Origin: Deltaproteobacteria bacterium
GTDB taxonomy: Archaea > Thermoplasmatota > Poseidoniia > Poseidoniales > Poseidoniaceae
Length of the DNA stretch: 64,000 nt
NCBI GenBank assembly: GCA_028344335.1
Contig: JAOMAZ010000001.1
Coordinates: 11,468-75,467, forward strand
Direction of reading: 5' to 3'
Notes under the pieces: model-generated
What the model was told of the DNA's origin: nothing
What the model saw: only the letters and a program-made list of their open reading frames with translations
Database searches by the model: none
In this document: one piece after another, positions 28,445 through 37,700 of the stretch
How positions within the stretch are numbered: the first letter of the stretch is position 1
Layout: each line of letters begins with the position of its first letter
Translations under genes and position numbers: made by a program

Positions 28445-28501
28445 TATTCGCCCAGTATTACTCAGCGAATACTTCTTAGGTTCTATGCTTTACCCATAAG
28501 C

Positions 28502-28675
28502 ATGGGGAAAGTCAGTCTTGACATGCCAGGTGAACTTCTTGAAGATCTCAAGAAACATGTGGGAGAGGATAAAAAATTCGTTAGCGTTGCCGATGCAATT
28601 CGCACCGCTTGCCGTAAAATGTTAGATCATTTAGACGAAATCGACAGCAGAGCAGGCCGCCTGGGAGATGGATGA
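28502..28675 (+). CDS. Ribbon-helix-helix (CopG-like) protein, 57 aa
   Basis: Manual translation MGKVSLDMPGELLEDLKKHVGEDKKFVSVADAIRTACRKMLD...; beta-alpha-alpha RHH pattern; overlaps the folE start. Confidence 0.8.
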   Translation: MGKVSLDMPGELLEDLKKHVGEDKKFVSVADAIRTACRKMLDHLDEIDSRAGRLGDG

Positions 28676-29252
28676 TATGAGTACAAGAGAGGAGGCTGAA
28701 GCAGCAGTCAAGACTTTGTTGCAATATCTTGAGAAGGATAGCGAAAGAGAAGGATTAGAAAAGACTCCAAAAAGGGTTATCGATTCATGGGGAGAAATCT
28801 TTGCAGGATATCAACAAAATTCAGCAGATGTACTGGAGGCCACTTTCAATAGCGAAGGTTATGATGGAATCGTTCTATTACGAGATATCGAGTTCAACTC
28901 TACCTGCGAACATCACCTTCAACCATTCAGTGGACGGGCTCATGTTGCCTACATTCCGGTAGAGCGAATAGTCGGTATAAGCAAGTTAGCACGTATTGTC
29001 GAAATGCATGGCCGCCGCCTTCAAAACCAAGAAAGAATTACCAAAGGAATTGCTGATGACCTTGAGAAACACCTCTCGCCCCTAGGAACTGCCGTCATAA
29101 TCGAAGCCCGCCATGGCTGCATGACTTGCCGAGGTGTACGTAAACAAAATGCTATCATGACAACTAGTGCAATGCGCGGTGTGTTCTTTGAAAAAGCTGA
29201 GGCGAGAACGGAATTAATGCAATTAATCCGTAGTGCACCACTCTCTAATTAA
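28668..29252 (+). CDS. folE: GTP cyclohydrolase I (FolE, type IA)
   Basis: REGL.KTPKRV, STCEHHL.PF.G.AHVAYIP, GISKLAR, RRLQNQERIT, HGCM.CRGV. Confidence 0.95.
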   Translation: MDDMSTREEAEAAVKTLLQYLEKDSEREGLEKTPKRVIDSWGEIFAGYQQNSADVLEATFNSEGYDGIVLLRDIEFNSTCEHHLQPFSGRAHVAYIPVERIVGISKLARIVEMHGRRLQNQERITKGIADDLEKHLSPLGTAVIIEARHGCMTCRGVRKQNAIMTTSAMRGVFFEKAEARTELMQLIRSAPLSN

Positions 29253-29261
29253 GGTGAGATA

Positions 29262-29918
29262 ATGGAAAATTGTACGTTGGCTGGAGGGGGTTTTGAGGGA
29301 GATAACCCAGCCCACCTTGCTGCTGTTTATCCTGTCGTTGAAATCTTTAATTCCGTACAAGGAGAGGGTTATCACGCCGGAATTTCGAGTATTTTTATCC
29401 GCTTTGGACGATGTAATTTGGCTTGTGAATGGTGCGATACAGATTTTTCCAAATGGGTTGATATGACTGTTATTGATATTCTCGGAGTTATTGCCAAGTA
29501 TCCTGCAGAGAATGTTATTTTAACAGGTGGAGAGCCAATGCTACAAGACCTCTGGCCCCTCGTTAATTGCTTGCGAAAAAGGGGTAAAAAAATTGCTATT
29601 GAAAGTAATGGGAGCATAGAAATTCCCGAAGGTCTAATCGACTGGATCTGTATATCTCCTAAGGACCAAATGTATCCTCAGGTGGCCATTAAACAGCGAA
29701 AAGGTGACGAATTGAAAGTAGTCTATGTCGGCCAAGAACTCTCCCTTTATGATGAGCTTAAACAAGGCTTTAAACATCATTTCATTCAACCATGCTACTT
29801 TGAAAATCAGAGTATAGAATGGAATGGAAGTAACTTCCAAGCAACAGAAAAATTAGTCAAAGAAAACCCTCAATGGCGCTTAAGCCTTCAAACTCACAAA
29901 TGGATGGGTGTAGACTGA
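29262..29918 (+). CDS. queE: 7-carboxy-7-deazaguanine synthase (radical SAM)
   Basis: EIFNSVQGEG, FIRF..CNLACEWCDT, TGGEP, ESNG, SPK, WRLSLQTHK. Confidence 0.95.
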   Translation: MENCTLAGGGFEGDNPAHLAAVYPVVEIFNSVQGEGYHAGISSIFIRFGRCNLACEWCDTDFSKWVDMTVIDILGVIAKYPAENVILTGGEPMLQDLWPLVNCLRKRGKKIAIESNGSIEIPEGLIDWICISPKDQMYPQVAIKQRKGDELKVVYVGQELSLYDELKQGFKHHFIQPCYFENQSIEWNGSNFQATEKLVKENPQWRLSLQTHKWMGVD

Positions 29919-30691
29919 TGCGAGCTGTAATTGCGCTATCTGGCGGTATGGATTCCACTGCCCTTTTGATACGACTTCTTGCTGATGGCTACAAGGTTAG
30001 TTGTTTATCCTATGAATACGGTCAAAAACACAATATCGAATTAGAAAGAGCGACGAAAAACATCCTCTACCTCTGTCAAAATGGGTACCAAATTGAGCAC
30101 CGAATAGTTAACCTAGAAAGCGCAATGGGGGTTTTTCATTCTGCCCTAATCAAGGGTGGGGAAGATATACCAGAAGGGCATTATGAAGAAGAACAAATGA
30201 AAACAACAGTAGTACCAAACCGTAATGCAATATTTTCCTCTATTCTTTACGGCTATGCCCTTTCTATTGCTTTGAGGGAGAATACCCGTGTCATGATAGC
30301 CTTAGGTGTTCATTCAGGGGACCATGCGATTTATCCAGACTGCAGGCCAGAATTTTATCAAAGCCTTGAACATGCATTCAAAGTTGGCAATTGGGATAGC
30401 GAAAAAGTTGAGTTTCACCTACCTTACATCGATGGTGATAAAATAACGATTCTTAGGGATGCAGAACAAGCAATAAATAAATTAGGCTTAGATTTCAATA
30501 CTATTTTTAGAAATACAAATACCTCCTATAACCCAGATTCAGATGGGCGCTCTTCAGGAAAATCAGGTGCAGATATTGAGAGAATTCTCGCCTTCCATGC
30601 AATTGATAGAAAAGACCCAATCAAATATGTAGATGAATGGCAAGTAGTTCTTGAACATGCCATTAAAGTAGAGGAGGAGATGAAAACATGA
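29918..30691 (+). CDS. queC: 7-cyano-7-deazaguanine synthase
   Basis: LSGGMDS, YGQKH..E, TVVPNRNAIF, HSGDHAIYPDCRPEF; start overlaps the queE stop. Confidence 0.92.
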   Translation: MRAVIALSGGMDSTALLIRLLADGYKVSCLSYEYGQKHNIELERATKNILYLCQNGYQIEHRIVNLESAMGVFHSALIKGGEDIPEGHYEEEQMKTTVVPNRNAIFSSILYGYALSIALRENTRVMIALGVHSGDHAIYPDCRPEFYQSLEHAFKVGNWDSEKVEFHLPYIDGDKITILRDAEQAINKLGLDFNTIFRNTNTSYNPDSDGRSSGKSGADIERILAFHAIDRKDPIKYVDEWQVVLEHAIKVEEEMKT

Positions 30692-31137
30692 CGACTATAA
30701 TTCGCCGCTGGGTTGAGACTGATACGGGACATAGGGTGCCAAACCACAAATCGAAATGCCGACATATGCACGGGCACCGCTACCGTTGGGAAGCAGAAAT
30801 AGAAGGTGATGTTGTCACTGAGCCAGGAGTTTCAGAAGAAGGAATGCTAATCGATTTTTCAGATGTTTCAGCAATTTTGAACGAGTATATTCACGATATT
30901 GTTGACCATGCATTCCTTGTCTATTCAGGAGACCAAGATGGATTAGCAGCATTAGAGGTTTTAGGAGACCAACATAGGACTGTAATCATGGAGTTTGTTC
31001 CAACCGCAGAAAATCTCGCCAAGTGGGCATTTGAAGCAGTTGAACCCCATCTCAAAACAGCCTATGGAAACCGCTTGCGATTAGTGGCGATTCACGTTAG
31101 AGAAACTCCGAAGTCTTGGGCAACTTGGAGAAAGTAA
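30688..31137 (+). CDS. queD: 6-carboxy-5,6,7,8-tetrahydropterin synthase
   Basis: GHRV..H..KC.HMHGHRY, GMLIDF, DHAFL, PTAENLA, VRETP. Confidence 0.93.
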   Translation: MTTIIRRWVETDTGHRVPNHKSKCRHMHGHRYRWEAEIEGDVVTEPGVSEEGMLIDFSDVSAILNEYIHDIVDHAFLVYSGDQDGLAALEVLGDQHRTVIMEFVPTAENLAKWAFEAVEPHLKTAYGNRLRLVAIHVRETPKSWATWRK

Positions 31138-31162
31138 TCAACAAAAGTAGTTTATTGGGTTT

Positions 31163-31954
31163 TTATTCTAAACGCCTTCTTCGGCCACGCTTCCACTCTT
31201 CATCTCCAGATACTTTCTGAAGTGCCGTGGTTGCTTCAACCAACGCACCAATCAATTGTTGTGCTTCAAGATCGTTTGGTAATCCTTTCATGATAATTCG
31301 ATCTAGAGTTTTTCCAACCATTCTAGATTTTGTGCCTTCATATGACAGTGCAGTTGTATAATCTGAAATCGCTTTCTTAAGAGTGATTCTTATCCCTCCT
31401 GTCAAGGATTCTTCTTCCTTTCTTTCTGTTTTATCCCTAGAAAAATCATACAGAATCAAAGCAACAGCATGAGATAAATTGCAAATTGGATAACCCTCCC
31501 AAGTATTAATTGTCATCAATAAATCGCATAAATCCAACTCGGGAGTTGTCAGCCCGACCCCTTCTTCACCAAATACAATGGCAACTTTCCCTGTATGTTG
31601 GACTGCTTTTGATGCAGCTTCTTCTGGGGAAATCAAATGCCGAAATGATGTTTTTAAACCGCCTTCTTTCTTTCCACTTGTACCAATTACTAGACCAATA
31701 TCTTGCATACAGGAATCCCAAGTTTCAAAGGTTTCGAGATTATCCAAAATTGAACCCGCAAATTTCGCACGTTTTCTTGCTTCTTCATCAACCTCACAAT
31801 GTGGTTCGACTAATCTTAGTTCTGTGAAACCAAAATTTAGCATTGCTCGGCAAACTGCTCCAAGATTCCCAGGGTGGGAAGTTCTCATCAGTACGATGAT
31901 TGGAAGAAAACCAAAATTAGGAAGGGGAGCATCTGGTCGATTACCCAATTTCAT
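31163..31954 (-). CDS. trmJ: SPOUT tRNA 2'-O-methyltransferase, TrmJ/LasT family
   Basis: PGNLGAVCRAMLNFG, IGTSG, VFGEEGVGL...EL..CD, YPICNLSHAV. Confidence 0.85.
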   Translation of the reverse strand: MKLGNRPDAPLPNFGFLPIIVLMRTSHPGNLGAVCRAMLNFGFTELRLVEPHCEVDEEARKRAKFAGSILDNLETFETWDSCMQDIGLVIGTSGKKEGGLKTSFRHLISPEEAASKAVQHTGKVAIVFGEEGVGLTTPELDLCDLLMTINTWEGYPICNLSHAVALILYDFSRDKTERKEEESLTGGIRITLKKAISDYTTALSYEGTKSRMVGKTLDRIIMKGLPNDLEAQQLIGALVEATTALQKVSGDEEWKRGRRRRLE

Positions 31955-32187
31955 TCCTCCTCTTTGAGGTTCAATCTCTTTTCATCCCACGCTATTATCC
32001 AGCGTGGGTCAAATGCTTGGTAAATGAAAGCAATAAATCCACCTTTATGCCTATCGGGCATGGAAATAGAGCGCTTCCTAACGTGATGTTGATTTCTCAG
32101 ATAAAACAAGCATGAATCTATGACAGATTGATCAGGGTGATTAATGCTAACAGGGCGGTGGTCCAGATTAATGAGGACCTTGGGCAA
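31951..32187 (-). CDS. Hypothetical protein in a ribosomal-protein operon
   Basis: 78-aa ORF with GGAGGTGG SD and TTG start; stop overlaps the trmJ start. Confidence 0.65.
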   Translation of the reverse strand: MPKVLINLDHRPVSINHPDQSVIDSCLFYLRNQHHVRKRSISMPDRHKGGFIAFIYQAFDPRWIIAWDEKRLNLKEEE

Positions 32188-32201
32188 TTGCCCACCTCCA
32201 T

Positions 32202-32393
32202 TCAGTCTGTGCGACGCAGTCGGTAGCGGGTGACATATCCGGCTATCCAGTTGCGCAATCGCTTGTTTGGAACGTCAGTTAGTTTTTCGACCATCTTCTT
32301 GTTATGGTCAAAACTCTCGGTGAAATGTTCTCCGTGGTCCTTGACCAAACGGATCGCACGAATCTTGATGAATGATGGACGAATATTTCCCAT
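32202..32393 (-). CDS. rps17e: 30S ribosomal protein S17e
   Basis: MGNIRP.FIK, F..NKK.V, KRLRN.IAGYVTR. Confidence 0.95.
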   Translation of the reverse strand: MGNIRPSFIKIRAIRLVKDHGEHFTESFDHNKKMVEKLTDVPNKRLRNWIAGYVTRYRLRRTD

Positions 32394-32398
32394 GTTTT

Positions 32399-32674
32399 TC
32401 ACTCCTCTACTAATTTTACTTCTATTGGAATATCTGGCTCGTCGTGGCGAGTTATTTCCAAGCGTATTTTACGTGGTGGATTTTCGATTCCATTCTTCCA
32501 GATTGCCTCATTAACGGCTTGATCTATCCAAATTTCCTCATCTTCCCTGACCTTTAGGTGGCGAATTACTTCGTTGCGAATGATTTTGATTGCCCTTGGG
32601 CTACGCTTGAATCGGGTGATATTCCATGCCTTGCGGAGTGGAACAACCAACTCACTAACTGCTGCTCTTGCCAT
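32399..32674 (-). CDS. rpl31e: 50S ribosomal protein L31e
   Basis: VPLRKA...R.KR..RAIK, ID..VNE.IW..GI..PP.KIR. Confidence 0.95.
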   Translation of the reverse strand: MARAAVSELVVPLRKAWNITRFKRSPRAIKIIRNEVIRHLKVREDEEIWIDQAVNEAIWKNGIENPPRKIRLEITRHDEPDIPIEVKLVEE

Positions 32675-32680
32675 TCTTAA

Positions 32681-32836
32681 TCACCTCTGAAGTTTACTGC
32701 GCCTCCAGTGGTGGCGCTTTGGATGGGTGGTCATCTTACGTGCGGTCTTCATCATAACCCACACTGGAACTCTACGGTTCTGGTTAGTAACCTTGTTGAG
32801 ACGGATTTTCTTTGCTGCGGGCTTATTTCTTGCCAT
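32681..32836 (-). CDS. rpl39e: 50S ribosomal protein L39e
   Basis: Manual translation [51 protein letters not shown]; below the ORF-track cutoff. Confidence 0.95.
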   Translation of the reverse strand: MARNKPAAKKIRLNKVTNQNRRVPVWVMMKTARKMTTHPKRHHWRRSKLQR

Positions 32837-32846
32837 CTTCATCACC

Positions 32847-33215
32847 TCAGATACGTCGAATCGACGAAATGTGTTTTTTCTCTTCTAGGCCTGCTAGAAT
32901 CTTCTTCAAGGATAAATCATTAACAGGTATGGAAATTCTACCTTCTTTGTCCAAATCCGCTAATTGCTGGCGGACTTGCTCTGCCAATTCTGGGCGAGAT
33001 AGTTCTAAACGAGCTAATCTTTCTCTTGCTTCTGAGGAAAGGACGGTTTTCATAGCCGTTGCTAAATTTGATTTGTTTTCTGCTTCTGCTGCAGATTGTT
33101 CTTCTTTTTGCATTTGCGAAAGAGCATCTCTCTCCATTTGTTCACGCATTTCAACAAGACGCTGCTGCCTTAGACGAGTAAGTTCATCGTCTTGTGCTGC
33201 CGTCATAATGCTCAA
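32847..33215 (-). CDS. PDCD5-like DNA-binding protein
   Basis: DDEL..LRQ.RL.E, LS.EARERL.RL.L.RPELA..V; conserved position between rps19e and rpl39e. Confidence 0.9.
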   Translation of the reverse strand: MSIMTAAQDDELTRLRQQRLVEMREQMERDALSQMQKEEQSAAEAENKSNLATAMKTVLSSEARERLARLELSRPELAEQVRQQLADLDKEGRISIPVNDLSLKKILAGLEEKKHISSIRRI

Positions 33216-33227
33216 CCTCTCACATCC

Positions 33228-33731
33228 TCAATAAATCTCGAGTCCAGGGTAGGATTCATCTGCTTGTGCACGAACTTGGCGGGCGATTTCATCGAGGAGT
33301 TTATGGCCTGCTGGAGTGATTATTCTACCCTTGTAGATAGTTTGTTCCTCATCATCGATATTCTTGATGGTTTTCTCCGCCACCTTTTGTAGCAGACCAG
33401 CGGCCTCAAGTTGAATCAAAACTGTACGGATGATCTTGCGGCTTCCTTGAGCGGCTCTATTTGGTGCAACATTGCGCTCAAGTTTCCCTCCGAATGCCTG
33501 TGCTAGAAGGTTCGTTCCGATAGGCCCTTCCCGTCCTACTTTTCGTAATACTGCGGCGCTGCGCTGTATCCACCAATCATCTTGACTAGGGGGGCGCTCT
33601 CGGTGGATTCCTGTCTTCACTACAGATGCCCATTCAGGCATCTCAAATCCATCCATATCTCCAAGCTTAGAAGCGAGTGCTGGAATCAAGAAATCAGCAG
33701 GAACATCGTGGAACGTGGTCATGACAGGCAC
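33228..33731 (-). CDS. rps19e: 30S ribosomal protein S19e
   Basis: DVPA, PEW...VKTG...ERPP...DWW..R.A..LRK, GS.KIIR..L.QLE.AG, GR.ITP.G...LD. Confidence 0.95.
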   Translation of the reverse strand: MPVMTTFHDVPADFLIPALASKLGDMDGFEMPEWASVVKTGIHRERPPSQDDWWIQRSAAVLRKVGREGPIGTNLLAQAFGGKLERNVAPNRAAQGSRKIIRTVLIQLEAAGLLQKVAEKTIKNIDDEEQTIYKGRIITPAGHKLLDEIARQVRAQADESYPGLEIY

Positions 33732-33880
33732 CGAGCGTCTCGCCGACTGACCTCCCCTATTTGAAGGAAACGGGGAGTCAAAGGCTTAGCAACCGAGGTA
33801 TCTAGTGCCTTTTGAGTGTTGAGTTCTTATTCTTTTTTGTTAGGCTTAAACACAAATCTTTGAAAGAAGTATTGTTGTGG

Positions 33881-34690
33881 ATGACTTCGATGAGGAAGGC
33901 GTTGGCACAGAATCCAAATCTGCTTCGCACCTTAATTGGTTTATCCTTCACCCTCGTATTCGTATTGTCTTATGCAGTATATGGGGCAACAATTGATACG
34001 GAGTACTATGTTTATTCTACTGAAAGAAATGAGTCTTCGGCAGAATTAACTCTGCTCCATAAAGACGTCTCTCAAGATGATGATGGTAATGAATGGACAA
34101 CTTGGCTTTGGCAGGCTGACGTCAACAGAACCAACTTAACTTGGATTAACTCGAGTTTACTAGGTGCACCAAGTGATTCAATATTGAAAGTAATCAATAC
34201 TGCTGGTTGGTATAGCCATGAATTACTGGGAGAAAGGACCGACCTGTCATTCAATTGCGCCGTCGAATGTGAGAAAAAAACATCTCACTCTAAGGCTGCC
34301 GAAGACGGGAGTGCAATGGTCATCGGTTTGATTCATACCGACCCAGCCCGCAGAGATGGAGGAACCGTTCATGCAGATAGTGAGGCTGAAGCATTAGAAC
34401 TGATTGCTGAAATTCTCAATCAAAGTTACTCAGAAGGAGTTTGGCAAATCCAAGTAGTTTCACCGGGGAACCACAGTATTGAGCCACAGGTTGAGTTGCT
34501 GCATGTCAATGAACAATTCGCCTCAATGGAACCATTTGCTCTCGATACTGCAACCGAAATGATGTGGTCGTTGGCTGCAGTTATTGGTTGCTTTATCATC
34601 GTCTTAGTGCCATTGATGACGATTTTCATAATCTCAAGAATGCGAGAAAAAGGAGAGGTAGAAATTACCCTTTCGGATGCTGAAGAGTAA
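33881..34690 (+). CDS. Membrane protein (N- and C-terminal TM segments, external domain)
   Basis: Hydrophobic segments LIGLSFTLVFVLSYAVYGA and WSLAAVIGCFIIVLVPLMTIFII. Confidence 0.75.
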   Translation: MTSMRKALAQNPNLLRTLIGLSFTLVFVLSYAVYGATIDTEYYVYSTERNESSAELTLLHKDVSQDDDGNEWTTWLWQADVNRTNLTWINSSLLGAPSDSILKVINTAGWYSHELLGERTDLSFNCAVECEKKTSHSKAAEDGSAMVIGLIHTDPARRDGGTVHADSEAEALELIAEILNQSYSEGVWQIQVVSPGNHSIEPQVELLHVNEQFASMEPFALDTATEMMWSLAAVIGCFIIVLVPLMTIFIISRMREKGEVEITLSDAEE

Positions 34691-34755
34691 ATATTTTCAA
34701 TAACAATGCACGGTTAGGGTTAATTATATAGTTGTCAGAAGGCGGAACGACGACG

Positions 34756-37700
34756 ATGCGTAAAGCCTTATTCTTGTGTTTTTTGATGCTTGCATCTTCA
34801 TCACTGGTGATGGTAGATAATGCAGAATCCGCATCAGGTAGATCTGGAATTGATGTATATATCAGCGATTATTCATTTGATTATGTAAATAGTGCTGATG
34901 TAAATACTTACAAAATGTTCAGTAGCAACTATCCCATCGCTGGATTCAATAAACCCGAAACACTGTTTATCACTGATGGAGTATTAGGTGCTGACTTACG
35001 TATTTCCTTTACCATATCAAATGATGGCACCAGTGATTCTTCAGGGTTCGCTGCAAACGTTGTTATCCTGCACGATGAATATATAGAATTTGAATTGCTT
35101 AACACCACTGTTCAAGTCTCGAACGTCCCAGCGCAGGGCACTTCAACCGTTTCTTTTGATTGGATTCCAAACTATGCTGGGAATCATAGTCTTGTCATCG
35201 ATTTAGCAAATACAAATGATGACAATTATGCAAATAATATGAGAACTCGTCATTTAACAATCGCTTGGCTTTACGATAATTGCGATGATTTAGCCCAATG
35301 GTCTGCAGGAACAGGTTGGCAGGCTAGTAGTGATGCAACTATTTCGATGAACTCCGCATGCCATGTAGGTAATGGAGAATCCAGCACCTATGGTGATGGC
35401 TGGTCTACTTCACTTGACACACCAGTTTGGGACTTATCTGATATTGCTACGAATCCAACGAGAGTTATTGGATACGGGTTTTTCTACACAGGGTCGATTC
35501 TAAGTGGTGATTCAATATCTCTACAGGCAAGAAAAAATGATGGATCTTGGGAAGAACTAGGAACCATGACGGGAACAATTGATGGTAGTTTTCAAGATGG
35601 TAGTACAAATTGGCAAACATTCTCCAACACTGTAGGTTCTCAAACTACTCCAGTCATTCCAATGCAGCCTCGGCATTTTCATACATCAAGTCAATTGAGA
35701 TTCCACTTTTCATCAGACTCATCTGGTAATGCGATTGGTTATTGGATTGATGATATCGTTTTGCTATACGACCAAAAAGCAAAGGTGGAGGAATTTGATT
35801 GGAATATCGGTACTGTTAGTTCTGCTGCAGCACAACGCGAAGAATGGTCAGATCAAACGATTATTATCCAAAATAACGGCAACCTTTCTGACAAATTCAT
35901 CCCTAGTGTGAGTGGCCTACCTGATGATTGGGAGGTAATCTATACTCATGAGGGTGGCTCGAATATTGATGCCCCCAATGGAGTCAGAGTAGCGCCAGGT
36001 GAAAGTAAGAATCTACATGTCAAGATAAAGCCCGGTCCAAATGCATCATTGGGAGTTGAATCCTATTTATTGGACATCAGGAGTATGGAACAAAGTAGCG
36101 TCTTTGATTCAAGAAATGTAAGTATCACTGTTTTGGCAGACTTCATTCCTTCTATTCAACCTCAAACCACAACGCCTGTGTGTGCCGCAGGAAATTCATG
36201 TGAATTCTTTATCACGGTAGAGAACATCGGAGATAGTAGTGATACTTTCGATCTTGAAGTTTCACCATTTGATGTAAAGACAGGATGGTCGCTTGGCCTT
36301 GCATGGGACCAATCAACTTCAATCGTAGTTGCACCAGGAACTCCAGAATTAGTCAAAATGATGGTGAGTGTTCCAGAAGGAGAAGCACCCGACGTTAGCA
36401 GTAGTGTTAATTTTCAAGCGACCAGCAGAACTGACCCCGAAAGAAGCGATAGCATCCAAGTTTCAGCAGCAGCAGCGATGGTATCAGCAGCAGAATTCTC
36501 AATTGAATCTGAAAATATTCCGAGTAACGGATGGGAAGTAGAACCTAGTGGAAGCATTGTAATTAGATTCTCACTTTGGAATAATGCCAGCCGCCAGGAC
36601 ACATTTTCTTTCAGCCTTGATGTTCAAGGTGGGCGAACTTGGAATGTGGATGTGCAAGACTATCCTGACCTTCCTATCAACCCAGGAAGCAGTGCGACAT
36701 ACGTTGTAACTATTACTGCACCAAGCACTGCTCAAGCAGGAGACCCTGGTCCTGTTTTGACTCCTCAAGCCAACAGCATTCGTTCAAACATGAGTGCAAG
36801 TACTTTCCAGTTTTCAGAATTAAGAGTTAGTACCCTGCATGATTTGGTATTGAGAGCCAGTGATATGCCACCCTATATCACACCCGGAATTGGCACTGGC
36901 TTCAATATTGAAATTGAAAACGATGGTAATGGGCCAGTAGATGCACTTCTGGATTTGCCAGATTTGCCATCAACATGGCAGTGGTGGTCTGTGGTTGATG
37001 GTGTCAATATAACAGGGCCAATTAGGCTCAGTCCATCATATGAACAAATGGATATTGCTTATGTTGAGTTGTTTATTCTAGCGCCGGCTGATGAAAGTGC
37101 TGGAGAAAGCCTTGAATTCAGCATTGTCGTTGAACCTTGGGAAGGCGAGGATATTGATTTGACAAATAATGAAATCATTCACGAAGTTATCACTTCTCAA
37201 GTTCGTCAACCAGTACTATATCCACCCGAAGAAAGTGAATATCGAATGAATACAGATGGTACAATCACCATTTATTTCAATGTCTTAAATCTGGGAAATA
37301 CCCGCGAATCTGAAATGAAAGTTAGGGTTGATCATACGTCAACTCCAGCCGCAGCCGACATTACTACCCTCCTTGAGAGAGGTAGCAAATCAAGTGCTGC
37401 GGGACAATGGTTGACTAGTAGCGTTTTGGCTGGTCAACAAGTGGAATATATGCTAACGGTAATTGCTGATTCCGATCTAACTTTAAACACCAGATTAAAT
37501 TTGAAAATTACCGTAGTTGGTGGATTAGATGAATTTTCTCAACCACTAATGCTAGAATACGAGTTCACTATTCTCGCAGATGTTCGTAGAGAGGTCACCG
37601 CTAATTTACTGGCTCCCACAGATGGCGAAGCCCTGAAATCTGGAGAAGAACATGTTTTCACTGTTGAATTAGAAAGCCACTCCTCAATTCCTGAAATAAT

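Noticed and set aside
28445..28501. preQ1 riboswitch upstream of the que genes
   Set aside because: No recognisable preQ1 aptamer pattern, and the space is occupied by an RHH gene.
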